From the NCBI GenBank assembly GCA_019057795.1, contig JAHLWS010000024.1, positions 1 to 64,000 of the forward strand: 64,000 bases of DNA, in the 5' to 3' direction. Below the pieces are notes generated by a model. It was not told the origin of the DNA. It did not search any database and saw nothing but the letters and a program-made list of their open reading frames with translations. Positions 48,181 to 58,369 of this stretch are shown piece after piece. The position numbers and the translations under genes were made by a program. Position 1 is the first letter of the stretch. Each line of letters begins with the position of its first letter. Source of the DNA: Promethearchaeota archaeon (GTDB lineage: Archaea > Asgardarchaeota > Lokiarchaeia > Sigyniarchaeales > SOKP01).

Positions 48181-49025
48181 AAAAATTATATAGAATAATA
48201 GCATTAGTATTATTTTTCACTCCTTTACTATCTGCTTTCCTCATGTTTGGTATATGTGAAAGTCCGGGAGAGGCACCGACAGCACAAACAGAATTCAAGA
48301 TAATGACGTATAATATACATTTTGGGCAAGGCTACGATGATAAACTTAATCTAGAACGGATAGCGCAAAATATCTTAACAGAAGATCCTGATATTATTGG
48401 ACTACAAGAAGTAGATAACGGTAGAATTACAACTCAAGGGATAGATATGGCTCGCTGGTTATCAAATAGGTTAAACATGTATTTCTTTTATTATCCATCT
48501 GAGAATGAACATCAAGGAGGGTGTGCTTTACTAAGTAAATATCCTATTAAATCCACGGTTGGTTATATGGTACCTAGTATTTCTTCTCAACGAGTTTTAA
48601 TTCACGGAGTTGTTGAAATTGATTCCTCTCTTAACTTGGATGTGTTTGTGACTCATCTAGGCTTAATTAATTGGAGTGAAGATATGACTGCTCAGGTTGA
48701 TTTTGTACTTTCTAAGACGAACGCAGTTATGTCAGGTAATCCTAAAATATTAATGGGAGATCTTAACTTAGAAAATGATACAACCCAAATTCAAACTATC
48801 CGAACCTTTTTCAATGATACTATGGATGGTTATGATAAGCATCGTACTTTTCCAAGTTATCTTTTATATGACATTCCTGATGAGTGGATCGATTACATTT
48901 TTGCAACGGGATATAACGATGTAATAGATAGCTATGTTGTGACAGATTTCGTAGCTGGGATTGATACTCCCGCTGAATTTGGCTCAGATCACTTACCTGT
49001 GGTAACTATTTTAACTTTCCCCTAA
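48177..49025 (+). CDS. Membrane-anchored/exported endonuclease-exonuclease-phosphatase (EEP) domain protein, Cwh43/PGAP2IP C-terminal-like
   Basis: MTYNIHFG, DIIGLQEVD, LLSKYPI, THL, GDLN, IDYIF, SDHLP; N-terminal hydrophobic segment. Confidence 0.9.
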   Translation: MKKLYRIIALVLFFTPLLSAFLMFGICESPGEAPTAQTEFKIMTYNIHFGQGYDDKLNLERIAQNILTEDPDIIGLQEVDNGRITTQGIDMARWLSNRLNMYFFYYPSENEHQGGCALLSKYPIKSTVGYMVPSISSQRVLIHGVVEIDSSLNLDVFVTHLGLINWSEDMTAQVDFVLSKTNAVMSGNPKILMGDLNLENDTTQIQTIRTFFNDTMDGYDKHRTFPSYLLYDIPDEWIDYIFATGYNDVIDSYVVTDFVAGIDTPAEFGSDHLPVVTILTFP

Positions 49026-49164
49026 ATAAATAAAATAAATATTTTCTTCAATTTTTTTTTGTCTATTTTTTGTATAAAATAATTATTAGTCCTTTAAACT
49101 TAGTCTATGGCAATATTAAAAAAAAAATAATTAAAAAAAATTATATAACTTTTAAGCTGGTTTT

Positions 49165-50265
49165 TTACGACTGAGCACTTTGGCCATTAACATAGACGCT
49201 ACCAGTGGATGTTGCTAATGTGAATGTATATTTATACATCGCTATTCCATAATTATCTGAGAAAAAGACACTTCCTAATATTTCCATTGTAGCATGAGGT
49301 GTATAATTGATGGATCCTGTACTGGTTGAGCTTACAAATCGAAAGCCAGTATTGGCTAAATTATCTCTATAAAATACATTTATACTTCCTGTTGATGTAT
49401 GTACATTGCTAGTAACATTAGCCCCCATATCTATATATTGATAAAGTTCTGCATCAATATTGCCAGTTGAGGTTTGAAGTTTTAGATCAATATCCTTAAA
49501 ATAGTACATATTATAGCTTTTGAATGTCACGCTCCCAGTTGAGACAATTCCAGTTAAATCATCTCCCATCCCACAATTTGTATAGTTTAATAGAAGTGAC
49601 CCCGTTGCTGTAATTGCTTTAAACCCATGAGTAAAATTGGTGTTTTTGGCAAAAAGGTCAATGCTCCCGGTACTAGTCTGAAGTCCAACTTTCCCTTGGA
49701 ATTCGTTGTTGCCTAATGTGGTTAATTTTACTGAACCTGTACTCGAAGTAAGGGAAGTGTCATTTAAGAGAACTTTATCTGGAACTGACATTTCTATCGC
49801 ACCAGTATCTGTTGTGGCGTCAATATCATATATTATGTCGGTTCTCAGTGTAACTGTTATTGTAATTTCATATGATTTAAACCAGTACGAAGGATCAAAC
49901 CAAACATCTGGTAAAACCTCAAGATTGAATATACCAGCTGATTCAGCCCACCACTCAGTACTTGGACTAAAGAAGTCTAAGTAAGTTTTATCAGACATGA
50001 ATAACCCCGCAATCTTTATATCAACATCGATTTCTGCGAAATAAGAAGTTGCTGTAGTATTATATTTAACGATAATTTTTCCGATATCGGCATTAATACT
50101 CAATTCTTCAATAGGAGCGGGAGAGCTTGGTTCATATTGGAAACTAAATGAATCATCGATACTCATAGCTGTTGCAAAACCGGTAACAACAAAACCAATA
50201 CTTCCTCCCACAATCAGAGCAGCTATAATGATTAAAGCTTTATTATAATTTCTCATTTTTTTCAC
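49165..50265 (-). CDS. Membrane-anchored DUF4097-like beta-strand repeat (adhesin-like) protein
   Basis: N-terminal TM; many TSTGS(I/V) repeats. Confidence 0.8.
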   Translation of the reverse strand: MKKMRNYNKALIIIAALIVGGSIGFVVTGFATAMSIDDSFSFQYEPSSPAPIEELSINADIGKIIVKYNTTATSYFAEIDVDIKIAGLFMSDKTYLDFFSPSTEWWAESAGIFNLEVLPDVWFDPSYWFKSYEITITVTLRTDIIYDIDATTDTGAIEMSVPDKVLLNDTSLTSSTGSVKLTTLGNNEFQGKVGLQTSTGSIDLFAKNTNFTHGFKAITATGSLLLNYTNCGMGDDLTGIVSTGSVTFKSYNMYYFKDIDLKLQTSTGNIDAELYQYIDMGANVTSNVHTSTGSINVFYRDNLANTGFRFVSSTSTGSINYTPHATMEILGSVFFSDNYGIAMYKYTFTLATSTGSVYVNGQSAQS

Positions 50266-50410
50266 AGTCGTATTTTTATTTTTAATAGGTTTAATAGGTT
50301 AAGATTAGATTTTTTAGGTAATATTTAAATAAAATTTAGACCGATTTTTGTTATTATACTTGGAAGTATAAAGTTAGGCTTTATAATTCATAAATAAAAT
50401 AAAGAAGAAT

Positions 50411-50938
50411 TTAGAGATTTTTCACTAAAGAAATAGCAAAATTCTTAGCGTTTTCGAGATCCATTTCATTGGGGCGACCTTTAATTTTCTCTCTATCTTT
50501 TTTCGCTTTCTCTCTTTGATCCTCTGGCAAATTTTCTAACATAGCTAACTGAGTATCTAAAGGTATGCCTAAATTCTCGCCAACACAATCAAATTCACCA
50601 ATAATTTCGCAATTATGTTTTTTAATGACACCAGTTATCCGTTTAAATGGTTCTTGAAATAATTTTAAACTGGCATGCGTACAAAAATAAGCGAGTTTGA
50701 CAGGGAATTCAGGAACAGCTTTTTTTATCATAGCTAAGATTGATTTATCAACTCTACTAGCATAAACTCCTGAACCTAAAAACACAATATCATATGAACT
50801 CAATGTTGTAGGGTCTACGTCTTTAGCATGAATTAAGTCTACATCGTAATCCAATAAGCCATCCTTCATACTTTTAGCTATTTTTTCTGTGTTTCCCGTA
50901 TTGGAAAAATAAGTAATTAGAATTTTCAAATAATTCAC
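50411..50938 (-). CDS. Flavodoxin-like protein
   Basis: YFSNTGNTEKIA, YDIVFLGSGVY, FCT. Confidence 0.9.
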   Translation of the reverse strand: MNYLKILITYFSNTGNTEKIAKSMKDGLLDYDVDLIHAKDVDPTTLSSYDIVFLGSGVYASRVDKSILAMIKKAVPEFPVKLAYFCTHASLKLFQEPFKRITGVIKKHNCEIIGEFDCVGENLGIPLDTQLAMLENLPEDQREKAKKDREKIKGRPNEMDLENAKNFAISLVKNL

Positions 50939-51036
50939 CTTAATATCTTATTATATTAATTATCGAATAAAAATAGTTAAGTCATTATTTAAAGCGTATT
51001 TTTTAAAAATAAAGAGACAAACTCCCTATTATTTTA

Positions 51037-51942
51037 TCAATCAATGTCTAGGGAGAAAAATTTAATTGCATTTTCTACTGTTCTTTCACTAACGATACTT
51101 TGGGGTACATTATGAGAAAAAGCAAGAGCAGCAATTGAATATTTAACATTTAACGGTACATTCACGGGTCCTCGTAAATACGGATGTTGGTAATAACTAT
51201 CCGTTTCCGTAATTAGAGAATTTAATGGAGTATTTTTTGTAACTCTCCGCCATTTATTAATACTATATGCCGAACTAGGAACGGAAAGTATATAACCTTG
51301 CTTGGGTAAAGAAATTCCATACTCCTGTGGCCCAGAAAAGCAGTGCCACATAGCTTTTTTTGGATTAACATTAAACTCCTTAATAATATTAAGAATTTCT
51401 TTTGTAGCTCCATCTCTTTTATTAAAGCGGTGTTTAGGGTTACCTCTATCAAACTCGTGTTCAGTAGCGTTTCTAACGTGAAGAACATAAGGTTTATTAT
51501 AACTAATAGTCAGTTCAAAAATTTTCTTTAGTTCGGTAACCTGTTTATTTCTCTTTTCAAGAGTCTTAGCATGATGAAAATCTAAACCAATTTCTCCAAT
51601 TGCCAAATAATTCTCTTGGTTTCCTTCAATATAATCAACCCATTTTTTCCATTCTCTTTCGTATTGGAATTTAGGAGTATACGTAACGGTTTGAGGTGCC
51701 CAACCACACGTAAAACCCATTCTTTCTTTTCCTATAATAAATTTTAAAATTAAATCAAGAGTACTGTTATCGATCGAGCTCGTTATTATGTAAGCACCAC
51801 CGTTTTTAAAAAAGTCCTGATATTGTTGCTCATCAGAAGGTAACCGATCGTTTCTTTTAGGACGAGGAAATGGGAGGTGACAATGGGTATCTATGAACTT
51901 AAGATTTTCTTCTGGTTCTGGGATATCGATTTTCTTAGGCAT
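51037..51942 (-). CDS. tatD: TatD-family metal-dependent hydrolase/DNase
   Basis: IDTHCH, IGEIGLD, LHVR, HCFSG, ETDS. Confidence 0.92.
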   Translation of the reverse strand: MPKKIDIPEPEENLKFIDTHCHLPFPRPKRNDRLPSDEQQYQDFFKNGGAYIITSSIDNSTLDLILKFIIGKERMGFTCGWAPQTVTYTPKFQYEREWKKWVDYIEGNQENYLAIGEIGLDFHHAKTLEKRNKQVTELKKIFELTISYNKPYVLHVRNATEHEFDRGNPKHRFNKRDGATKEILNIIKEFNVNPKKAMWHCFSGPQEYGISLPKQGYILSVPSSAYSINKWRRVTKNTPLNSLITETDSYYQHPYLRGPVNVPLNVKYSIAALAFSHNVPQSIVSERTVENAIKFFSLDID

Positions 51943-52007
51943 GTTTAATCAATACTATATTATAGAAAGTCTTTTGTGAGAAAATTGTTTTAACAATTTA
52001 ATCTTTG

Positions 52008-52042
52008 TTTTAACACCAATAAAGATGCTTTAATTAAATTTT
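52008..52042 (+). repeat. 35-bp direct repeat, copy 1
   Basis: ttttaacaccaataaagatgctttaattaaatttt; 34/35 identical to 53259-53293. Confidence 0.9.
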
Positions 52043-52171
52043 AATTAAAGATTCATAATTATGTATAATAATTTAATACATTGGAATGGATATTCATATT
52101 ATTATAATTATAAATATTTTCAATAATTTTTACATCTAAATAATATTCAGTAATAATAGAGGCATAAAAAT

Positions 52172-52780
52172 TTGGATCTATTCTCAATCATAAATTTTAT
52201 TTCATTACTATGCACCTTTTTTGTTATGGGCTATTTTTACACCCTCAGTATCCAACCCATAAAGCGTTCAGAAAAATATGGTGACAAAGCATGGAAAGAT
52301 TGTAAAAAGTTCCGCTCAATTGGAGGATTAGCTGAATTTATTTCAATTGCAAATTTAATCCTTTGGATTTGGTTTCCTCTTCCCGTTGTAAATGAGTGGA
52401 TCATCAGTTCAAATATCTGGATTGGGATAATCATAGGGATCTGTATATTGATACCAGGTATATATCTTCTGATAAGGGGGATGAAGGATGCTGGGACTGA
52501 AACTCTAACTCCTTCTAAAGAAACAAAAATGTATAGTGGAATTTATAACTATATAAGACATCCTCAAACTCTTGGAGAGTTTCCTATGTTCATTGCTATG
52601 AGTTTTATGTTTAATTCATGGTTTTTAGTAATCCTTTCCTCATTGTTCATCATAATTTATACTCCCATAATGATTCACTATGAAGAAATAGATCTTGTTA
52701 AACGATTCGGTGAAAAATATACGGAATATCAGAAAAGAACGGGAGCATTATTTCCGAAATTAAAAAGGCATCAAAATTAA
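52172..52780 (+). CDS. ICMT/PEMT-family integral membrane methyltransferase
   Basis: GIYNYIRHP, EE..L..RFG..Y.EY..RT...FP. Confidence 0.88.
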   Translation: MDLFSIINFISLLCTFFVMGYFYTLSIQPIKRSEKYGDKAWKDCKKFRSIGGLAEFISIANLILWIWFPLPVVNEWIISSNIWIGIIIGICILIPGIYLLIRGMKDAGTETLTPSKETKMYSGIYNYIRHPQTLGEFPMFIAMSFMFNSWFLVILSSLFIIIYTPIMIHYEEIDLVKRFGEKYTEYQKRTGALFPKLKRHQN

Positions 52781-52801
52781 AATAAATAATAACAAAATAA
52801 T

Positions 52802-53236
52802 GTGAATATATCTATGGAACAGCCCAAAAAAACCTATAAAATTAAAGAAAATAAGTGTTTATATGTAGCATCAATTTTAATGCTACTCTACTCCTTACTA
52901 GAAATTGCAGATAGCATTGCGATTATCCTAATTGCATTTAATATCATTCCAAATCTTTATTTAGAATGGGGTATCCCTATAATACAACAACTTATGGAAA
53001 CCCAACCTTTTTCTCTCGCACCCCTTTTCTGGGCTTTTACGATAATGAGAACTGTTTCTGCAATTGGGCTTATGAAAAATTTATTATGGGGATTTTGGAT
53101 TGGAATTGCTAGTTTACTCATTACCATGATCCTTTCCATGTTATTTCTACCTATTGGTGCTTTTGAACTTCTTGGGTGTGCTATAATCTTCATTTTATTA
53201 GTTATGGGATATTGTAAAGATAGACCAATAATATAA
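52802..53236 (+). CDS. Small multi-TM membrane protein
   Basis: About four hydrophobic segments. Confidence 0.75.
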   Translation: MNISMEQPKKTYKIKENKCLYVASILMLLYSLLEIADSIAIILIAFNIIPNLYLEWGIPIIQQLMETQPFSLAPLFWAFTIMRTVSAIGLMKNLLWGFWIGIASLLITMILSMLFLPIGAFELLGCAIIFILLVMGYCKDRPII

Positions 53237-53258
53237 ACCAAAAAGGTCAATTCTCAAA

Positions 53259-53293
53259 TTTTAACACCAATTAAGATGCTTTAATTAAATTTT
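53259..53293 (+). repeat. 35-bp direct repeat, copy 2 (overlaps the likely promoter of 53323)
   Basis: ttttaacaccaattaagatgctttaattaaatttt. Confidence 0.9.
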
Positions 53294-53322
53294 TAAACAA
53301 CCCATTTTATTTAGATGATATA

Positions 53323-53736
53323 ATGATCGAAGAATTAAAATCTAAACTTAAAGAATTAGAACTTAAAAAAAACGAACTTCAACCAAAAATTGACGAGATA
53401 GGAGCAAAAAGGGCTGAAGAACTTCAAGAAGTTAACAAAAAATTCGACCACATGGTTGCAGATGTCAATATAGAAGTTCAAGACTTTAAAAATAAAATTA
53501 TGAACGATATAATCGATTTATTTTCAAAGGTTGTGATGGACGAGTTTGACTCGAAAAGAAGTACAAGTGATTACATGGTTACAGATAACTTTAAAGATTT
53601 TCGAGAAAGCGTTTTAGAACTCGAAATGTTTCCTAAGGAACTAATTGAGAGATTGGATAAAGTGATTGATGGAGATCCAATTGAAAATATTGCGTATGAC
53701 ATTGAAAAAATCGAAGCTAAATATAAAAATAATTAA
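53323..53736 (+). CDS. Coiled-coil hypothetical protein
   Basis: Heptad-rich, E/K-rich 137-aa ORF. Confidence 0.75.
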   Translation: MIEELKSKLKELELKKNELQPKIDEIGAKRAEELQEVNKKFDHMVADVNIEVQDFKNKIMNDIIDLFSKVVMDEFDSKRSTSDYMVTDNFKDFRESVLELEMFPKELIERLDKVIDGDPIENIAYDIEKIEAKYKNN

Positions 53737-53871
53737 ATAACTGAAATAAAAATTCCAACTTTCGATGATTTAGCAGATCAAGTTGAGCGATAATATCTAT
53801 ATAATAGATCGTTAAATATGATAATGAGTCTGTAGATTGCATTATTAAAACAAATATTTAGGTTCTATTAG

Positions 53872-54015
53872 ATGGAAATATTTGAAGAGGAATTAGAGAT
53901 TTATAACGCAAAAATGAGATTACTAAGCTGGTTATACGACGAGATAAAAATCCAATCTGAGATATCCAAGGATTTAATTAATGGAAAAGGGCAAAAATTA
54001 CCGCTTAACCTTTAA
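53872..54015 (+). CDS. Possible 47-aa helical ORF or gene remnant
   Basis: MEIFEEELEIYNAKMRLLSWLYDEIKIQSEISKDLINGKGQKLPLNL; supported only by coding-like composition. Confidence 0.3.
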   Translation: MEIFEEELEIYNAKMRLLSWLYDEIKIQSEISKDLINGKGQKLPLNL

Positions 54016-54187
54016 TTCAATCGAATTACTTAATTAGTTAACATATATTTAATGTATCTTCAATAATTCTCTTAATATAAGATATGTAATCCTCTGATTT
54101 ACCCATAAAATGTAAAAAAAGAATAAAAAACGGTTTAAAAAAATTACCAAAGAAAAAAAAATAAAAAAATAATAAATATAAAAAAAT

Positions 54188-54619
54188 TTAGTTGACTTGT
54201 TCTTTTAATTGCTCAGCTTTTATTTGCTCAGCTTCTAATTTCTCTAATTGTTTCCTTATAGCTTTAATATCTGATTCGTACGATTTTATTTTGGTCTTCT
54301 TTTCTTTAAGAATATTATCCAGTTTTTTATTCAAAGCTTTTGATTTTCCCTTAACTAAATTTACATGTTTTTTCTTCAATGCTGCTACTTCAACAATTAA
54401 TTTTTTCATTTTCTTTGTCCATTCTTTGGATTTTTCCGTAGCTTCTTTTAAATCGACTTCTCCTACATCGAGCTTTGATTTGGTATCATTTATCTTATCA
54501 TCAAAATCGTCTTCAATTTCCTTTTCCGCAGAGGCTTCCTTTTTTGAAGCTTCTTCTTCGACCCTAGTAATCTCATCTTCTTTATCCGCTATTTGGCTCC
54601 TTAATTCTTGTTCTGACAT
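54188..54619 (-). CDS. Coiled-coil hypothetical protein
   Basis: E/K-rich heptads, 143 aa. Confidence 0.75.
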   Translation of the reverse strand: MSEQELRSQIADKEDEITRVEEEASKKEASAEKEIEDDFDDKINDTKSKLDVGEVDLKEATEKSKEWTKKMKKLIVEVAALKKKHVNLVKGKSKALNKKLDNILKEKKTKIKSYESDIKAIRKQLEKLEAEQIKAEQLKEQVN

Positions 54620-54788
54620 ATTAACATTTCCTAATTTTAATTTGTTTTTTCAATATATTTTGATATATTTGATGATATATATATATATATATTTGATATA
54701 TATTGATTTACAAATCGGTCTCAACGTAAAAAATAAAAAGAAATAAAAGGATTTTTAAAAGTTTGTTGCTCTAAAATCCAGAATAAAA

Positions 54789-55808
54789 CTATTCTAACGA
54801 TTCTCCAAGAGCTAATCTGCATAAATCACTAAGAATATAATTTTTTAATCCCTTCCGCGCTACTTTAGCACCCATAGCTTCCTTACACAAAGAACAATTA
54901 TAAACACAACCTTCGACACCATGTTCTAACATGTCGTTTATATTATCGTTTTGAGCTTTGCGCATTAAAGATTTTTTACCAAGAGTAGCGAATATTGCTG
55001 CACAGCACATAGCATTCTCGCGATCGTACTTTCTTGCGACCCTTTCAACACCTATCAACTCACAGATTTTATCTACCCACTCATCCGAGTCTGGAATAAA
55101 TCTATTTGAACAGGATCTTTGATAAGCAATTTTCATGTTAAGTTTATTAACATCAGATTCGTGCTCTTTTAAATATTTATAGAGATATTCGTAAACGTGA
55201 ATAGGTTTAAAACCGGGTGGAAGTTCTATATTATTCCGAGGACAAAAAGAAGCGTAGAATCCATAGCATTCGTCGTGATAACAAATCATTTCTTTAATAC
55301 CTTGATTCTTAATATTTTCTAAAATTATTGGAGCTCTCTTCTTAATTACAGAGTCTCTTGCGTAATGATGATATAGTAAATTACAAAAGAAATCAAGGCC
55401 GCTAACATATTGTAAATTTTCAAACAATTGCCCTTCCATATTTTTTGCGTTTATTTTACCTAATCCACATTTATTTAACACGGGTTTATCCGGATCAATT
55501 TCTTTAAATCTTACTTGATCGTGTGGAGCAAATCTATTTATCGTATTTTCTAGTATACTTGGATTAATATTTAACGAATTATACTTCTCCTGTAATTCTG
55601 TTATTAAATCGAAAGGATGAGACTCGTAAGGACAATATTCGTCGCAGGCAAAGCAAGTTACACACTCAGTTAATACTCGAGACTCCTCTCCATTAATCAA
55701 TTTATTTTTTTCTGCTCGTGCTTCCTCAATGTCCTTAAATTCAATCCATTGACATCGAGTCAAACAATCAACTTTCACACAATCTGCACAATGTGAACTA
55801 TCAAACAT
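54789..55808 (-). CDS. Fe-S protein with ferredoxin-like N-terminus and degenerate CCG domains
   Basis: Start MFDSSHCADC at 55808 inferred from paralogue 58370-59398; CVTCFACDEYCP, QRSC, CCA, CSLC. Confidence 0.85.
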   Translation of the reverse strand: MFDSSHCADCVKVDCLTRCQWIEFKDIEEARAEKNKLINGEESRVLTECVTCFACDEYCPYESHPFDLITELQEKYNSLNINPSILENTINRFAPHDQVRFKEIDPDKPVLNKCGLGKINAKNMEGQLFENLQYVSGLDFFCNLLYHHYARDSVIKKRAPIILENIKNQGIKEMICYHDECYGFYASFCPRNNIELPPGFKPIHVYEYLYKYLKEHESDVNKLNMKIAYQRSCSNRFIPDSDEWVDKICELIGVERVARKYDRENAMCCAAIFATLGKKSLMRKAQNDNINDMLEHGVEGCVYNCSLCKEAMGAKVARKGLKNYILSDLCRLALGESLE

Positions 55809-55902
55809 TATTTTACACTCATTTACGATATGAATTTTATATGAATTATTATTTAAAATGGAATTTAAGTAATATAAATAAGTTTCCTTAAAATTTGTTA
55901 TG

Positions 55903-56418
55903 TTAAATTTTAAGAGTAAATTCCCACGCACAATAGTAATTCTCCGGATGACTATCGGGAGGACAGCATATACATTTTGTTTCGATTCTAGGGTCGATAG
56001 TTTTTGCGAAATCGCCGTATTCAATAACACCTACAGGTTTGCAAGGAAAATCGGGAAGGTCTCTACTTTTTCTAGCGAATTGAACTCGACAATTGTTCAT
56101 ACGGAATACGCAACGATTTTCAGAAACCTCCAAAATTTCTTGTACATTAATGTTTGCATACACTCTGAACTTTAAAGCTTTAATTAATGCGGGAATACCT
56201 CCATTTTTGGGAATATTAAAACTTTTCATGATGCGTTTTGCTTCTATTACAGTAAATCTTTTCCATTGTTCCACATCAAGTTCTATGGCCCTCTCTAGCC
56301 CATATTCTCTCTCCGCAACTTGAAACCAAGTTCCATCGATAGCTAACCAGTTTTTGCTTAGATCCTCAATATAATTAATTAATTCTTCTTTAGTAAGCTT
56401 TTCTAAATCTTCTCTCAT
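55903..56418 (-). CDS. DUF6125-family protein (V4R/H-NOX-like ligand-binding fold)
   Basis: WLAIDGTWF, CRVQ.AR....DFPC, IDPRI...CICCPPD..P....CAWEF. Confidence 0.8.
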   Translation of the reverse strand: MREDLEKLTKEELINYIEDLSKNWLAIDGTWFQVAEREYGLERAIELDVEQWKRFTVIEAKRIMKSFNIPKNGGIPALIKALKFRVYANINVQEILEVSENRCVFRMNNCRVQFARKSRDLPDFPCKPVGVIEYGDFAKTIDPRIETKCICCPPDSHPENYYCAWEFTLKI

Positions 56419-56452
56419 TTTCTAATCATACCAATTTAATTTTGTTTTTGTA

Positions 56453-58273
56453 TTACCTTTCTATCTCCCTATCTTCTCTACGGGATTGTTTAAATATTTC
56501 TCGAGATTCTTCAATGGTTTGGGCTCGAATTCTTAAAGAATTAATATCCTCTATGGGAGAATCTTCCTTTTTATTCCAAACTCTGCGCAATAAATGTGCT
56601 GCCATTTTAGGCCTTCTATCTCGAGTAAAAACGCCTTTATAATTCATCGATCCCATTCGAGTTATTCCTTGAGAAGTTTTAAAGTCGCACATATTCCATA
56701 CATGCTCACCTATTACATAAGGTTTACTCCGACACACTTCAATATATTTTTTTATGAATTTAGTTTGGTATTCTTCGCTAAACATTTCGGGCGGTTGAGA
56801 ATGCCATCCAGGAATTGTGTCTGCTCCAAATTCACTAAGAATAATTGGTTTACGATGTTTTTCATATAGTTTATCCATTTCTTTTGAAAGAAGTTCGCTA
56901 GCTTCATCTAAATTTCCTGGTTGTAAATACCATCCATAATATCGATTGATACATAATACATCACAGAATTTGAAAGCTTTTTCTTTAACACCCATCATAT
57001 TTACTACAGTTATGGGTCGAGTACTATCTAATTCTTTTGTCCTGTCGTATAAAGTTCTAAAGAATTCCCCAGATTTCAAGCTGTTATACGGTTCGTTTGC
57101 CAAGCTCCACATTATAACGCTTGGATGGTTTTTATCTCTCTTTATCAATTCTTCAATGTATTGATTGCATAATTCTAGTTGTCTATCAATTACATCTTTA
57201 GTAAATGTAAGACCTACAGCAGGAATTTCGTCAATGACCAAAAAACCAAGACGATCTGCTAAATCCATCATTTGTTCTGAGTACGGATAATGCGAAGTTC
57301 GAAAAGAGTTAGCTCCGATCCAATTCATCAAAGAATAGTCTTTGATTATAATTGCAGGAACATATCCCCTCCCTGTAATAGGGAAATCCTCGTGGCGTCC
57401 AAATCCTGTCAGATAAATGGGCTTACCATTTAATAGCAACTTATCTCCTTTCACTTCTATAGTCCGAATTCCTACTTTTAGCGAATAAGAATCGATTATA
57501 GAATCCTCTTTTACGATGTCAACTGTTAGAGAGTATAAATTAGGTGTTTCTGTATTCCAAAATTTTGCTTTTTTTACTTCTAATGTCATTTTTTGAATAT
57601 TTTGCTCAATTTTTGAGGTATTAGTTAATTCTGATCCAAATCCTTTTAGAGAGAGATTCACATAGACATCATTTAAGTTGACAGTTTCTATTGTAACATC
57701 TAAAATTCCCGTGGTATCTTTTATAGATGTTCTGACAGTTATATCTTTTAATCCTTCTTTAGGAATAGCATATAGTAATACTGGTCTATGAATTCCGCAG
57801 AATGGATAAAAATCAAAGTTAGTTTTAGGATAGTTCATTGGACGCCCACTGGGTGGTACGTGATTATCTGATAATCTCCCGTCTACTCTAACTACAAGAA
57901 GATTGTCTTCCGGCTCGATCTTGTTAGATATATCGTATTCAAATGGTAGATGCCCCCCTTCGTGATGACCTACCATCTCTCCATTTAACCACACATCAGA
58001 TAGATAATTAACCGAACCAAATCTAATTATGATTTTTTTATTATCCCAATCCCAGGGTTTCATAAAACTACATTGATACCACGCAGGTCCTAAATTATCG
58101 CGACCCTCCGCAAATTGATCGTTCCAGCTCGCAGGTACTGCTATTGGGCGGTTATTATTAAAACCATTCTTCCAATTCTCATCCAAGCCTTTATTGTTTG
58201 TGTCAAAACGAAAATCCCAAAAGCTAGACAATTCGATAAACTGACGATGCTTGTTTCTTTGTGGATAGAGCAT
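56453..58273 (-). CDS. uidA: Beta-glucuronidase (GH2)
   Basis: VPASWN, GFGRHED, NSFRTSHYPY, WSLANEP (acid/base), SEFGAD (nucleophile), and the GUS-specific NxKG (NYKG). Confidence 0.93.
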   Translation of the reverse strand: MLYPQRNKHRQFIELSSFWDFRFDTNNKGLDENWKNGFNNNRPIAVPASWNDQFAEGRDNLGPAWYQCSFMKPWDWDNKKIIIRFGSVNYLSDVWLNGEMVGHHEGGHLPFEYDISNKIEPEDNLLVVRVDGRLSDNHVPPSGRPMNYPKTNFDFYPFCGIHRPVLLYAIPKEGLKDITVRTSIKDTTGILDVTIETVNLNDVYVNLSLKGFGSELTNTSKIEQNIQKMTLEVKKAKFWNTETPNLYSLTVDIVKEDSIIDSYSLKVGIRTIEVKGDKLLLNGKPIYLTGFGRHEDFPITGRGYVPAIIIKDYSLMNWIGANSFRTSHYPYSEQMMDLADRLGFLVIDEIPAVGLTFTKDVIDRQLELCNQYIEELIKRDKNHPSVIMWSLANEPYNSLKSGEFFRTLYDRTKELDSTRPITVVNMMGVKEKAFKFCDVLCINRYYGWYLQPGNLDEASELLSKEMDKLYEKHRKPIILSEFGADTIPGWHSQPPEMFSEEYQTKFIKKYIEVCRSKPYVIGEHVWNMCDFKTSQGITRMGSMNYKGVFTRDRRPKMAAHLLRRVWNKKEDSPIEDINSLRIRAQTIEESREIFKQSRREDREIER

Positions 58274-58369
58274 TATAATTCCTCTAATAAGGCTTAATCT
58301 ATGTATTTTTAGTGCTAAAAATTATTAATATTATTTATAATAATTGAAAAAAAATAAAAGATTCCTTCT

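Noticed and set aside
54655-54710. (AT)n tract upstream of the 54619 gene
   Set aside because: Simple low-complexity sequence in an AT-rich intergenic region, with no further evidence of function.
54192-54746. 184-aa + strand ORF
   Set aside because: Phe/Ser-rich antisense shadow of the Lys/Glu-rich coiled-coil gene.
55809-56030. N-terminal extension of the 413-aa ORF 54789-56030
   Set aside because: It overlaps the DUF6125 gene, and the paralogue shows the start is at 55808.
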